64,000 bases of DNA, from NCBI GenBank assembly GCA_951406725.2, contig OX597815.1, positions 68,510,001 to 68,574,000 on the forward strand, written 5' to 3'. Shown piece after piece: positions 50,339-64,000 of the stretch (the first letter of the stretch is position 1; each line of letters begins with the position of its first letter). The notes beneath the pieces were generated by a model. It saw only the letters and a program-made list of their open reading frames with translations, ran no database searches and had not been told where the DNA came from. The position numbers and the translations under genes were made by a program. This stretch comes from Octopus vulgaris. Its lineage: Eukaryota.

Positions 50339-50560
50339 AAGGTGGTGAGCTGGCAAAAATGTTAGCACATCGGGCACAATGCATCGCGGCATTTCATCCG
50401 TCTTCATGTTGAGAGATCAAATTCCACTGAAGTCGACTTTACCTTTCATCCTTCTGGGATCGATAAAATTAAAAACCAGTTGAGAACTGGGGTCAATGTA
50501 ATCGACTTGCCCCACTCCTCCCCAAAATGCTGACCTTGTGCCAAAATTTGAAATGATTAT
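50339..50560 (+). mobile_element. SINE with Nin/Deu-like domain
   Basis: Homologous to 3040-3262. Confidence 0.75.
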
Positions 50561-53500
50561 TCTTAATGTTGTGATGTATTCCTCCCTCTAAAGTGACTAG
50601 CATAGATCAATTTAGGGTTATTGTTAATTTGTTTCTTGTGGTGTCCAGATATTAACTTCATTATCTCATTTTAACATGCATTTTCCTTGACATGAGTTAG
50701 CCCAATCTTAAAGCACCTCACCACTTGTTGCAGTCTATCAGCTGTCACATACAATGGAGGAACTACAAATATTTGTTGTTGTGTCTCATATGTTTGGTGT
50801 GGATATTTTTTTGGTTGGTTGCCCATCCTATGGCCAACAATTTCACAAATTATGCTAGATGTATTTCATCATGTCACTCCCATTAGAGAAGTTGTCTGCA
50901 ACAAGACTAAAGTGTGTCTTCTACCTGGTATTAATTTTTATTCAGAATTACCAGTTCCTCTTGGCAGAATAACTGCTTCTTCTTTACTACTATGGTTTAC
51001 TGAATCTACATCTGATCCATTCCTTCTTCCTTGTTTGTGAATGTATAGAGAATTATGTTACCTAGTGTTTTACATTCAATAGAGAGTTTTCCTAGTGGTT
51101 CATCAAACTCATCTCTTAATTTTTTGATACTTACAGATTAAGTAAATGCTTGGGTTACAGTATAAATAAAGTGAGCGAGAATGGTTGAGTTAATAGCGAA
51201 CCACACCAAGATGAGTGGGTTGCTTGAATACTGAACATGGGAATGCCTGAGTTGGAAGGGTTCTGTATGAGTTTGCACATATCTGCAGTGGTGCCAATGT
51301 TACACCTTAGACAGCCAGAACTGCAGCATCAAGAAAAGTCCTCTTTTGCTTGCTAAATCACTATTCATCAATGAGTTAAAACCAGTAACAAGCCAACAGA
51401 CACACTGTTATCTATATGCCTCTTATTCATAATTATTGCACTTCTATTCTGAATAAGCAAGCTATGTACCACCGCCACTGCCCTACTGTCTCTTCTACTT
51501 GTCAAGATATATTATTAGGTGTTGTCAAATTTCAATAATAACAGTAGCATATTTATATAAGTTAAGCCTGTTAACATTTTGGGAAAGTTTTATGTCAGTC
51601 ATGTTTAATTAATGTATGTATTTCTTTATTGCCCACAGGGGGCTAAACATAGAGGGGACAAACAAGGACAGACAAAGGAAGTCGATTACATTGACCCCAG
51701 TGTGTAACTGGTACTTATTTAATTGACCCCAGCGGAATTTGAACTCAGAACGTAACGGCAGATGAAATACTGCTAAGCATTTTGCCCGGCATGCTAATAA
51801 TTCTGCCAGCTCACTGCCCTTTACTTAATATATTACAGTATTTATTTGATATATTACAGTATTTAGTTGATATATTACAGTTTCTCTCTCTCTTGCACAC
51901 TTTTTATCTGTATGTGTATATTTCTGTGCATGCACACACACACACACATTGTGCATGTGTGTGTGTAGCACCAAGAAGCACTGTCACCAAGACAGACTGA
52001 ATATCCAGCCAGTTGTACCAAATGGCAATGTTCAAACAGTTTTGCCCAGTCACCCCATTCTGAAATCTATTCTGCTGATTACTGAGTTAGGAAAGGAATC
52101 CATGAGGTGGTCAATTATAACTGTTTAAACTATTTTTGAGTTGGAGTGATTGATAGGTTAGGTGTTGTAACAATCAATGTGATTGCTCTTGTGTATGGGG
52201 CATGTTGTTATAGGTCTTCATAAGTTAGAGAAAATATTCATAAACTTTTAAGAGCTGCTGCCCTCTTGGCACCTTGGACATATCCCTACCCTTCTGACAC
52301 ACACTCACCACCACAAACATAAACCACTTTCTGCAGCAAATTCAAAACAACTACATTTTCACAAATAAAACATAATGTAACTAACCCCTTATTTTGTTTT
52401 TACATCCTTTACCCACTTTTAGCCACCCTGTTATCGCCCCTACTTTTCTTCAACAATCTCTGGATCTTTCAACTGCCCCCTGGAGTAGGGAGGAGGCATA
52501 CTGCCCACTTTGGGAACCACTGAGTTAGAGTAAATATTCACTAAGAGAGAACAGGTGATGAATTTGGTGAGGACAGGAGAACACACTGCTTGAAAATGTT
52601 AGAACACTCGAGACTGATCACACCTTATTTGGTTAAAGGGAGCTGAGATGCTCTCATGTTTAACAATGATGACCACAAGAAGGTGAACCCCTGAATAATT
52701 TTATTATATGTGTGTATGCATAGAAGTGGAAACGAAGTAGATAACAAAGCATGATGTGATTAGTCAAACTAATTACTCCCAATACTTATTTTTTAAAGTC
52801 TGGTACCCATGTTATCAGTTTCCTTTGCTAAGCCACGAAGTTATTGGGATGCAAACAAACCAATACCAGTTGTCAAGCAGTGGATGACAACAAGGGGACA
52901 AAGGGATGTTCATACATACACACACCTGTATATGAGAGGCTTCCACACAATTTCCACCTTCTAAATCCACTCTCAAGGCATTGGTTGGCCTGGGGCTATA
53001 GTAGAAGACATTTGCTCAAGGTAGTGTGCAGTGGGAATGAACCTAAAGCCATATGGTTACAAAGTGAGCTTCTTAACCATAGAGCCATACCTGCACCTAA
53101 GTAGACCCGTCTTAATTGAAAAGCTGTGGATAAGGGATTTCAAACTGGGATCTGCACCATGTAAAGCAGTTGGGAAAATTTGGAACATGATTTCTAAGAA
53201 ATAACTGTAGTAATAATTCTGGACCATTGTGATGTTTATTCCTAAACAAGGTATGTTTTGGTGTAAAATAGATAGTATGGAGCACAATGCATGAGGAAAT
53301 TGGATGCTTACTGAAGATTTTATTGACATGTTAAGGTTGAGAGCAAATCTATGGATGGGTCTCTGCTGGAAATAAATTCCATTCTTTACCCAAAATAGGT
53401 TCCCTCCTTCCATTGTTTTGATGTCTACTTTTCCATGCTTGATGGGTCAAATAAGAGAATCTTGGGATAGATTTTTTTTATGTCTGGATGCTCTTCCTGA

Positions 53501-56423
53501 TGCCACTACCACTTGTTTCCAAATGGGATACTATATCATATATATATAGAGAGAGAATGTGTGTGTGTGTGTGAGGGATGGAAAAAGAGATTGTGTGAGG
53601 GACAGAAAGAGAGAGAATGTGAGGTGAAGGAGTAGTCGAAAGAGGCAAGAGAAAGAAAAGTAAAAGCTGAAGAAATAAGTTCCTGTTTTCGTTCTTTCAA
53701 TGTGAAAACTTTGGTATTGGTGTTTTACTACTAAGATGTTAGTTGTGACAAGGGCTATAATGTCTGTACTAAACTTTGAGCAAATTGGTTGCTCTTTCTA
53801 GCGAATTGAATGACCATGTAAAGGTTCTCTTCTGAAGTAGTGCTTGTTGTTGGTGTTGCATGGCTTCCAAATCAGAACAATTCTAACTTAGCTTGACTTT
53901 ATACATGCAACTCTGTGTGATTGTCTTTCATCTTGTTACATAGATTTCACCCATCCCTAGATTTACTCTCAACCCTAACATGTCAATAAAATCCTCAGTA
54001 ATCATCTAATTTCCTCATGCATTGTGCTACATACCATCTATTTTACACCAAAACGAAGTGATTAATACTGCAAATGTTTTGTCCTCTTTTTATCATTGCT
54101 TGTTAGTACCACCAGATGGTTCAAATAACTGAGCTATTGTTGTTTAGTTCCATCTCAGCTTGGAATGAGCAAACCTCTAGTGAAAAGGCACTTCAGATGT
54201 GACCATCCTATCTTTTTTTCATACATCTTGTATCTAAGACTACATTCTACAATGTACACTTCATTTTATAAGAATGTAGGATGTGAGGAAGATTTGGCTG
54301 CTATTTAAAGCTGTTTAAATTACCATGTAGGGCAGTACCACCCCAAGGAGGCACTGAGCATCTCGAAGAGGGTGTTAGGCTTTAGGGAGCAGTGAGTAAC
54401 ATAATTAACATACTAAATTTTACCTAGAGTAGTAATTAAAAGATAAAATGAAATATCATCAGACACGGAAATCATTAATTTGCAATGTATAAAGAAAATT
54501 TACAACTTTTGTCTATTAATTTTTTATCATTTCACTGTTAAAAGCTTATACTATCCATTTTTAGAATAAAATTTATAAATTGTCATCCATGTTAAATTAG
54601 TTTAGTCATGATAACTCACTTGCCACTTAGGTGGGCACTAAGCATTACTACTTAAAAGAGGGAGTACTACCAAAAAAAAAAGGTTAAGAAACACAGATGT
54701 AGCGGGTCCTTTAGGTGAGATGGTGGTGTTGCCTACTCTCATCCAAGTCAGCTCTGATTGGGCAGTCACATAGTCCCAATTGCTCAGCTCACAATATATA
54801 CACAAACACACAATGATATATATCAATGTATGTAGAAAGTAATAATTTATACTTGTGTTTATCTTAATTTTCCACTACATATCCTCTGTATACCTTAACT
54901 AATAATATTGTTAAATACAATGGTAGACTAACCACTATACTGGAAACTGACTGGAGTTCTAACTCATATAGCATTAGTTGTACTTTTAACTGTACACACA
55001 AGATGTGTGTGTGTGTACATGCATATACATCATGGCTTGGCTGTGTAATTAGGAAGTTCACTTTCCAACTTCATAATTTTGGGTTCAGTCTCACTGCATG
55101 GCAGCTTGGGTAACCAAAGCTTTATGATTGAATATGGAAGACAGAAACTGAAAGAAGCCCTTTGTATGTGTGTTTGTATGTCCTTGCATGATAGTCATAA
55201 CCAAGTGTCACCATCATGCAAGCACTGTCATTTGTTTCCAGCCTTCCATGAAAATATATCCAACCAATTGGAGATATTACCATACTTGGAAGTAGGTAGG
55301 GTTGGAGACAGGAAGCTCATCCTTCTGTAGAAAATCCGACTCAACAAATTCCATCTAACCTTGCATACATGGAAAACCATCATCATCACCCCCACCACCA
55401 AACAACACGAACTGGCAAGTCAGAGGACAGCATCTAGTTCCACTGTCTGTTTTGGCATAGTTTTTACGGTTGGATGCCCTCCCTAAAGCCAATTGTTTTA
55501 CAGATTGGACTGGGTGCTTTTCACATGGCATCAGTACTATTGAGGTCTGTTTTAGCATGGTTTTTATGGCGGGATGCCCTTCCTAATACCAACTACTTTA
55601 CAGAGTGGACTGGGTACTTTTCACATGGACCCAAACCAGTCATGGGCAACTTGTGACTTGTGGGACTTCTTGAATGGCATGCCTAACAGCCTAACAAAAG
55701 ATTGCCTTAAATGTTTTAGTAGTCATATCTCATGTGGCCCACTTCTTGAAAAGGTTGCCTATCGCCTTCATTAAATGGTGATGATGATGATTGTGTGTCT
55801 GTTAGATTCATATATGGTCAGTATTAATGAAGAAGAACCTATTTGATATGAAGTTAGTAAAGTAAATAGATACTTCCTATTGTTAACCATTCATGAAATG
55901 AGAAGTGCTTATGTTTCAATTATGTAGTCTGGGACAAATAAAGAAATATGCCTTTGTCAATGATGTAACACAAAAGTAATGGAAGCAGTCATGATTGTGT
56001 ATCTTACCTAAACAAACAAGTTTTGTTTAAAAATAAAATACATTGGCATATAACCACTTGCCCTGCTTGATGTGGAAGCCATGCTTTCTTTACAATTTCA
56101 TCATCATCATTGTTTTTTAACATTCACTTTTCTGTGCTAGTATGGGTTGGACAGAATTTATTTCAGGCAGATTTTCATTGGTTTGATGCCCTTCCTGTTG
56201 CCAAGTCTTCCATGGAAACATGTCCAACCAAATCTCACCTATTTGCAAGTGAGGTAATATTTTTCCAAAGCCAGACATGTTTCTAACAGAAGACTGAAAT
56301 AAACATCACTTCCATGACTGTACTGCTTGTTTACAACCATCACATGATTTTAAGCTAATGGTATACACACACATCATCATCATCATCATTTAGCATCCGT
56401 TTTCCATGCTAGCATGGGTTGGA

Positions 56424-56770
56424 CATAAAGGATAAAAAGTAAAGAACCCCTTCGGTCATGAATGACCATGAGATTGCACCTAGAAAGTTACCCTCTGAGG
56501 CAAAAGTCCTGGCAAGATTGTTGATGGAAGATCAGCAGTCACCCATGCATACCAGCCTCCCCTCTCCATGCCACTGATGTTATCGAAGGGGAAGGCAAAG
56601 ACTGATTCAGCGTGGCACTAGTGACATCACAACTCATTTCTATTGCTGAATGAACTGGAGCAATGTGAAATAAAGTGTCTGGGTGAACAACACAACACAC
56701 AGCCCAGTCTGAGAATTGGACTCACAACCTCATGATTGTGAGCCCAACACTCTAACCACTGAGCCATTCA
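56424..56770 (-). mobile_element. tRNA-derived SINE
   Basis: Reverse complement of the 14851-15185 family. Confidence 0.8.
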
Positions 56771-57796
56771 CATATACATACATATACAATAGGTTTCCAT
56801 GCAGTTTCTGTCTACCAAACCCACTCAAAAGTCTTTGGTTGACCTGGGGCTGTAATAGAAAATACTTGCCCAAGGTGCTGTATGATGGGACTGAACCCAA
56901 GATCACATTGTTGGGAAGCAAGCTTCTTAATCACTGCACCAGAAACCAATTTAAACTGGATATATCCAACCCACATATTCTACTTGTTCTATGTTCAAAC
57001 TGACAACACCTGGATCCAAGTTTGATTCCAGTATACAATACCTTGGGAAAGAGTCATTCACCATATTCTCAGGCAGACCAATACCTTGCAAATGGAATTT
57101 GGCTGGTTTTGCTGCTGTTGGTTTAAATCAAAGTGGACTTCTTTCAGGTTTAGTATTCAATACTGGGTACAAACTGAGTTTTATATTTATTTCTATAAGA
57201 CTTGGCATGACAATCATTTCAATCTATAACATATTATATCAAGTGCTTCTCAGTCTCCATCAGTATCATTACTTGTGGTTTTCTCAACCAAAGCAACCCC
57301 AGCATGGTAATAACTTAATTCCTGACTATGAGTTTGAGTTATGTAATTAATTATTTCTTTAGAATTCAGTTAAATATATATATATGTGTGTGTGTGTGAG
57401 AGTGTGTCCCATTGCCTTGATATCCTACACTAATTGTAAATGAACATCACTGTCATACATGTGGTGTTGTTTGTTTGCAAATTTTCTAAAAAAGCACTGC
57501 TTCAATGAATTTTATATGATCCATGCAAGCATGGAAATGTGAACATAATATGGTGATGGTGTGTGTGTGTGTATGTGTGTGCACGTATCTTTTATCTTGT
57601 TTCAGTCATTAGACTGCAGCTATGCTGGGACACTGTCTTGAAGAATTCTTAATCAAATGAATCGACCCCAGTACTTTGTTTTTTTTTTTAAAGCCTGGTA
57701 CTTATTCTATCAGTTCTTTTGCTGAACCACTAAGTTATGGGAACGTAAATACACAAACACCTGTTGTCAATCGGTGCTAGGGGACAAAGACACACA

Positions 57797-57847
<51 letters not shown>

Positions 57848-57851
<4 letters not shown>

Positions 57852-58145
57852 TGCATGGCTTAGTGGTTAGGGTGTTGCACTCACGATTATGAGATCACGG
57901 GTTCAATTCTCAGACAGGGCGATGCGTTGTATTCTTGAGCAAAGCACTTCATTTCTCATTGCTCTGTGATCATTTTGACATATGACATGTGGCACTCGCT
58001 GCACCTGTACAGGTAATGCCAATCTGATGGAGGGAGTGAGCTTATGACTTCACAAACATTTGGTCACTATAAACAAATCATCTGTGTGGTTGTTCGGTAA
58101 GAAATTGTTGAACCCTCTTACTTCATCTAATGACAGGAGAGTCCA
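57848..58145 (+). mobile_element. tRNA-derived SINE inserted at (TA)n
   Basis: tggcttagtggttag A-box and gggttcaattctc B-box. The 3' body differs from the 14851 family. Confidence 0.75.
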
Positions 58146-60037
58146 TTCTTATTATATATATGTATGATGGTCTTCTTTCAGTTTCTGTCTGTAAAATCCA
58201 TTCACAAAGCTTTGGTTGGCCTAAGGCTACAGTAGAAGATACTTACTGAAGGTGCCACACAATGGGACTGAACCCAAAACCATGTGGTTGGGAAGCAAAC
58301 TTCTTACCACACAGCCATGTCTGTGTCTATATATATATAATCAGTCATCATTTTAATGTCTGCTTTTTCATGCTTGTATAAGTTGGGTAGAATTTATTAA
58401 AGTGGATTTTCTATGGGCTGATACCCTTTTTGTCACCAACCCTCATCTGTTTTGAAGGAAGTTAATATTTCCCCAGAAGATTGGAAATGGATGACCCTGC
58501 TTGTATGGCAGTGACATCCATTTATAAAATAGCACATGATGTCAAGACAAGGAGACACAAACATGACCACATGGTAGACTTTTATGTTGCTACCTACCAA
58601 ACCCACTAACAAGGCATTGGTTGGCTTGTGGCTATATAGTAGAAGACACTTGCATAAAATACCATGTTGTGAGACTGAAACCAACCATTGAAAACCCAAG
58701 TCCAGCAGTGCAGGCTACTGTGTTTTGGCTACATCTATGGGATGAACACTAGGAGACTGACACCGCAACAACTGTTGTAGTGGCAGCAACCCATGCACTG
58801 GAGAATCCAGCACAGTGCACCAAATAAGACATGGGCAAAACAGCACCTTGACCTCAAGCATGCTATGGCTAAGACCAACACCATGGATTGAAAAGCATGC
58901 AATAACATCATCAACAGAATCCATAATCCGACTACACCCTCAGTAGCGTATTGGTTGAGAGGATAGCCTCTCCCTCCAGTCAGCAGCTAGGGATTTTACT
59001 TACTTACTTACACACACACACACACACACACGCACACACAGAGTAACATTTTTAAACCCTTGAGTAAAAATTTATTAAAGAATAATCTACATGTATATAT
59101 AAAGTTATTAATTTGTTGCTTCTTGGTGAATGAGCAAAAATAAACACTGTGTGTGTGTGTGTGTGTGTACTTACATATATTTTCCTCTGTAACAGCAGCT
59201 ATGCATCACTTTACTATGCTTTCTTTCATTTAACATCTCAGCTAATTCTCAATCAAAGTATCAAGATAGCTCTCTAAACTTGTTTCCTTTCTAATTTACC
59301 AACCTAATCTTTCTACCAACCACCATCATAAGTACTCTCTAGTAGTAGTAGTAGTAGTAGTTACTTGTTGTTGGTGGTGTTGTTCATGTACATCTTATCC
59401 AGAGTGAAGTCTTCTGCTGTCAAAGGCTTAAATTTGAAAGTAAATAAAGCAAAAACACACACACACACACAAATGAACACACATACACATGCATGCAGGT
59501 CTATGTCACTCCCACACAAGGTTCTTATACATTCACATTTGCATGCATGAGGATTCTCTCTATCTGTCTCTCTTTTTCTCTTCACTCACATATCACAGCT
59601 CACAGTGTCTTTCCTTCTCTTCCCTTCTCTCTAATTGTATCACATAAATATAAACACACATCTGCAGACACATTCATATATGCACATGCATGCACCTGCA
59701 TGCACTCATGACACGTTTGCATCTTTTCATATTTACACACACATAGACACAGCAGTAATATTCCTACACACATATACATGTACATATTCACACACTTACA
59801 TACATATAGCAGCAATATTCTAACACACACACACACAGGAGAAGGGAGGAGTATTTTTTCTCTATAGTTTTTGTTTTGTATAATTCTTTTCCTTTCCATA
59901 AAATAATTAAGAAAATCAAGGAGAGTTTAGTGTTTAATTGTTATTCAGTTCCTTTCTGTTAAAGTATTTTGTATTGTTGTTGTATTTCTGTATTTTAAAG
60001 TGATTTCACAACAAAGCGGGATGTTTAGTAAATTTCC

Positions 60038-60289
60038 TTAACCCCTTTGTTACCATATTTCTGTAGAAATACACTGCCTATGTTTTTTTAGTTAATTTTG
60101 AAAATAATGAAGAATTTGGTAAAATAAATTTGTCGTTATTAATTAAGCTGGTGCTTGAAACATTAATTAGCATGGAATTTTGTTAGAAGGTTTTTTAATC
60201 TAGATCACTTTAAAACAAAGGGTTTGTAACTTAGAAGCTGTTGGGGTGGAGCAAGCAATCTCAGGTAAGTTATTATTAAAAGGGTTTAA
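60038..60289. mobile_element. piggyBac-type MITE, family B
   Basis: TTAA-CCCCTTTG start. Homologous to 24312-24541. Confidence 0.75.
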
Positions 60290-60388
60290 ATTTTTTATTT
60301 TATTGTGCAAGAACAATCACTGCAGGTGATGGTATAAGGAAATATCATAAAATAATTATATATATATATATATATATATACATACATA

Positions 60389-60690
60389 GGAGGTGCAATG
60401 GCCTAGTGGTTAGGGCAGCGGACTTGCAGTCGGAGGATCGCGGTTTCGATTCCTAGACCGGGCGTTGTGTGTGTTTATTGAGCGAAAACACCTAAAGTAC
60501 CACGAGGCTCCGGCAGGGGGTGGTGGCGACCCCTGTTGTACTCTTTCGCCCCAACTTTCTCTCACTCTCTCTTCCTGTTTCTTGAGTAACATTGCGACGG
60601 ACTGATGTCCCGTCCAGCTGGGGGGAACACATACACCACGGAAACCGGGCCCATGAGCCTGGCTAGGCTTGAAAAGGGCGCATAAATAAA
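60389..60690 (+). mobile_element. Young tRNA-derived SINE (CpG-rich)
   Basis: tggcctagtggttagggcagcggac...ggtttcgattcc A and B boxes, ending gcataaataaa. Confidence 0.85.
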
Positions 60691-60707
60691 TATATACATA
60701 CATAAGT

Positions 60708-60950
60708 GGGTACTGAAAAGTTCCTACCTTTAGGCAAAAGAAAATACAGGAGGATCTGTTAATTATGATTTTATTCAACATATTTTCCTTCTCAGATTCA
60801 CGCAATTATTGCAGCAGTCCTTCAGTTTTTCTAAGCCCTGTAAAAGAACTTTTGCGATATCCTTAAAGCCAGGAACTTTTCAGCACCCTATCGTGTGTGT
60901 GTGTATCCTTAAAGCCAGGAACTTTTCAGCACCCTATCGTGTGTGTGTGT
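60708..60950. mobile_element. Tc1/mariner-type MITE with tandemly duplicated right end
   Basis: gggtactgaaaagttcc...ggaacttttcagcaccc. The 46-bp end segment (60858-60903) is repeated at 60904-60950. Confidence 0.75.
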
Positions 60951-61739
60951 GTATGTGAATATATATATGTATATATATATATATATATATACATACATAC
61001 ATACACACACATTAACAATAAAAATAATACAATCAGGTTAAACAAATACTGAGAACAATGATAGCAATAATAGAAATTATTACACAATTTAATGTTGGAA
61101 TTGGATTTTGACTGATTAGAGGAAAGTGTTTGATGGAATTTTCTTTTCCCTATTATCACCTACTATTACTACTACTACCACCACCACTACTATCGCCACC
61201 ATCACCACTACTACTTCTACTATTGCTGCTGCTGGAACTGCCACAGTAAGTGCCAACAGCCACTCCAAACATCATTCCCCACCATTATTTATCTTATCAA
61301 TATCCAAGTTCAAAGTGAGGAAATTTAGTGAGGTTTAGTGTGTGTGTCTGTGTGGTTGATTGTAACAAACTAAATCAGATACTTTACAATGTTTTGTTTT
61401 CGTTTTTCTTTTATTTTTTTGTGTGTTCCAAACTTGTCAAAGTCAATCTTTTGTCTTTCATCTCTTCATTGAATAAAGCAAGTGCTAATTGACTGCTGTT
61501 CTGTAGTATGCAACAGATTCCCATCCAAAAAAAAAACTTAATCCATTGATGCTTTACTATGCCAAGTTCATTTCCCAAAATTAAATATCTCAACTACCCC
61601 ACCACCACCACCATACACACCCATTCTTTTCAATGCCATGCCTGCCATCTTCTGTGGTTCTTTGTAGCAGCTGACTGGTCAGAATGCTGCTATTTCTATG
61701 ATAGATATCTCTAGCAGCAGCAGCAAAAATATTTAATAA

Positions 61740-62160
61740 TCCATTCTACTATAGGCACAAGGCCTGAAATTTGGTGGAGGGGGATAGTCGATTACATTGA
61801 CCCCAGTATACAACTGGTGCTTATTTTATTGACCCTGAAATGATGAAAGGCACAGTTGACCTTGGAGGAATTTGAACTCAAAACATAGCAATGGGCAAAA
61901 TACTGCTAAGCATTTCATCCAGCATGCTAATGATTTAATAATAATAATAATAATAATAATAATCCTTTCTACTAAAGGCACAAGTCCTGAAATTTTGTAG
62001 GAGGAGACTAGTCAATTATATCAACCTCAGTGTTTCACTGGTACTTAGTTTATTGACCCCAAAAGGATGAAAGGCAAAGTTGACCCTGGTGAAAGACAGA
62101 CGGAATACCGCAAAGCATTTTGCCCAGCGTGCTAACGATTCTGCCAGCTTGCCACCTTAA
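61740..62160 (-). mobile_element. Two tandem Nin/Deu-like SINE copies
   Basis: Two successive ttctacta.aggcacaag.cctgaaattt...ttattgacccc.aaa.gatgaaaggca.agttgac units. Confidence 0.75.
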
Positions 62161-62559
62161 TAATAATAATAGCTATAATAATAATGATAGCTATGATAAG
62201 CTTATTGCATAAAGTGCTCAGGTACACTACAACTTGTTGACGAAAAGGTATAAGAGGTGACAGAAAACCAATATATGTAAGTCAAGTGAAGAAAGGTGGC
62301 AATGAAAGCTACAAGTACATACACTGTACACAGAAAAAAAGCACAAAAATAAAAAAAGTGAACATTAAAAGATTTACCACAGCTGGATACCCTTCCAGTC
62401 ACCAACAATCACCTGTTTCCAGACATGTTTTTCATGGAAGACTGGAAATGAATGACACTGCTTATATGACAGTGACACTTTTTTACAACTATCACTACAT
62501 TAATAGTTTGATGCTATTAATATTTCATTTAAATTGTTGCATGTCAACACCTGAAGGAA

Positions 62560-62950
62560 AGGCATGATCAGGCAGATTACAGAGTGGGTTGGGGGATGTT
62601 CTGGGTATGATGGTGACTGCAGGGCTGAGAGTGTTGGACACACCAAGAGTAATGAGCAGTGGAAAGATAAGTGACTTGAGAGTGGAAGCACAAAAGCAGT
62701 CAACGTTGAGGAACAGAAGCCATTACTATTGCAGTAGAAAAGACAGGCCAGAGGTTTGAGTATGTCCTAATAATTGAATTTCATTTAGTTGAATGACCCC
62801 TTCTCTGGACATGGTTCAGGATGTCTGTATGCATAGCAGCAGCAGCAGCATCCCAGATATGGGAGCAGTATTTCATTGTAGGCCTCATTTGAGCCTTGTA
62901 GAGTGTCAGCATTTGTTGGGGGTGGGGGGAGGCTGAAATATTTTCTTGTT
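62560..62950 (-). mobile_element. CR1/L2-group LINE fragment
   Basis: Minus-strand LYKAQMRPTMKYCSHIWDAAA (post-RT motif). Confidence 0.7.
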
Positions 62951-62999
62951 CTGAAGAGAAGGGCCAGTCCTTAGGATTTGGTCCTAGCTATCACTCAGT

Positions 63000-63632
63000 A
63001 AGACCTTTGTCAGTTTCTCTCTAGCTATCTATTTAAAGCTGTATATGACTAAGGTACATCCATGCTTAAAGTTTGCATCACCTGTCTGGAACCTCTATCT
63101 TGTTTGGCATATCAATCTCCTGGAAACTTCAGAAACGTGCAACCAGACAAATACCTGCCATCAGGCATCTACCATATGCTGAACGTTTTACTTCCGTGGG
63201 CATGAACACATTTAAGCTCCAATGTCTGGCAACTGACTTGGTAGACATTGACAAGATTAACCACCATATTTTCAACAACAACCTTGGGCACCTTTTTTTG
63301 TATTCCATATGTCTAATATTCATGGACATGCTCATAAAATCAAAAAACAGGACAGCACCCATGACTTTTGGAAACATTTTTTTACGCTCAGAATTGTGGA
63401 AGCATGGAATAAACTACCTGCATTAATTGTTAGCTGTTGAGATACCAACTACAGTGTTCAAAACTTCCATGCTTCCTGAAATTTGCCAACAGTACACTTG
63501 GTGCCACCCCACTTTTTTTGTAGACTTATTCATTGTTCATTTCCTGTGCATATTCTATGTACTGTTCATGCAGTTTTGGTTACTTTTTCTGATGAGTTGT
63601 AGTGCACCTGAACACTGTATACAACAATTTCA
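63000..63632 (+). mobile_element. CR1/L2-group LINE 3' end
   Basis: QKRATRQIPAIRHLPYAERF..GMNTF..., FFTLRIVEAWNKLPA. The 3' terminus gttgtagtgcacctgaacactgtatacaa also occurs inverted at 62202-62340. Confidence 0.8.
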
Positions 63633-64000
63633 TTTTTTTTTTTTTTTTTTTTTAAGTTATGACTAGCAATCTTTTTGCATCACATTCCAGTAAACAGGTT
63701 ACAACTCTTGTGACATATTCACTTGATCTTTTTTCAGCTTTTGTACTTGTATTTTGCAATAATTTCCTCTAGACACAAGGTACTCTAATTAATTACAGAA
63801 GAGAAGTAAAGTTTACTTTTATTCATAACTTTACTGCAAGCATTGGTGATGTTAAAATAAGTGAAATTACAGTAAATGAAGAGTGCAACCATTTTATGGC
63901 AATGTCTTATTTATTGTCTCCTATATTACATTTAATAACATGTTAGAATAAAGATGTTTGTGTTGAGTTTTTTCATCATCACATATTGCTGTGTGAGAAG

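Noticed and set aside
60389-60465. tRNA gene
   Set aside because: A and B boxes are present, but the sequence runs into a SINE body with a second copy at 40860-41168. It is a tRNA-derived SINE head.
63588-63630. CTGATGAG hammerhead-like start
   Set aside because: No downstream stem II/GAAA/NUH arrangement. It is the 3' terminus of a CR1/L2 LINE.
45376-64000. Second GNB5 exon (expected RRxLKGH..KVLxMDW WD40 start)
   Set aside because: Not found by eye. It is presumed to lie beyond the window.

Overview
AT-rich, repeat-dense eukaryotic genomic DNA. The SINE/LINE repertoire and microsatellite load suggest a coleoid cephalopod, probably Octopus (inference). Two protein-coding genes are present on the + strand. 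(1) The last nine coding exons (2652-20267) of a citron Rho-interacting kinase-like gene: all junctions are GT-AG, in phase, and spell a complete CNH domain plus a C-terminal tail. A candidate alternative last exon lies at 24973-25096. (2) The first coding exon of G-protein beta-5 (GNB5) at 45258-45375, followed by an intron of more than 18 kb. The rest is mostly mobile DNA: a full-length but dead mariner, RTE LINEs (one with a PHD finger inside the RT), CR1/L2, R4/Dong and Penelope-like fragments, tRNA-derived SINEs, piggyBac/hAT/mariner MITEs and microsatellites. The most interesting signals are non-coding. One is a type I hammerhead ribozyme core with an unusually long stem II (41972-42075), inside a roughly 1-kb non-coding Penelope/retrozyme-like element inserted in (TA)n. 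The others are several long imperfect hairpins whose mismatches are mostly G-U on the + strand (4863-4937, 40543-40688, 42873-43120). All family assignments come from motif recognition by eye, and repeat boundaries are approximate.
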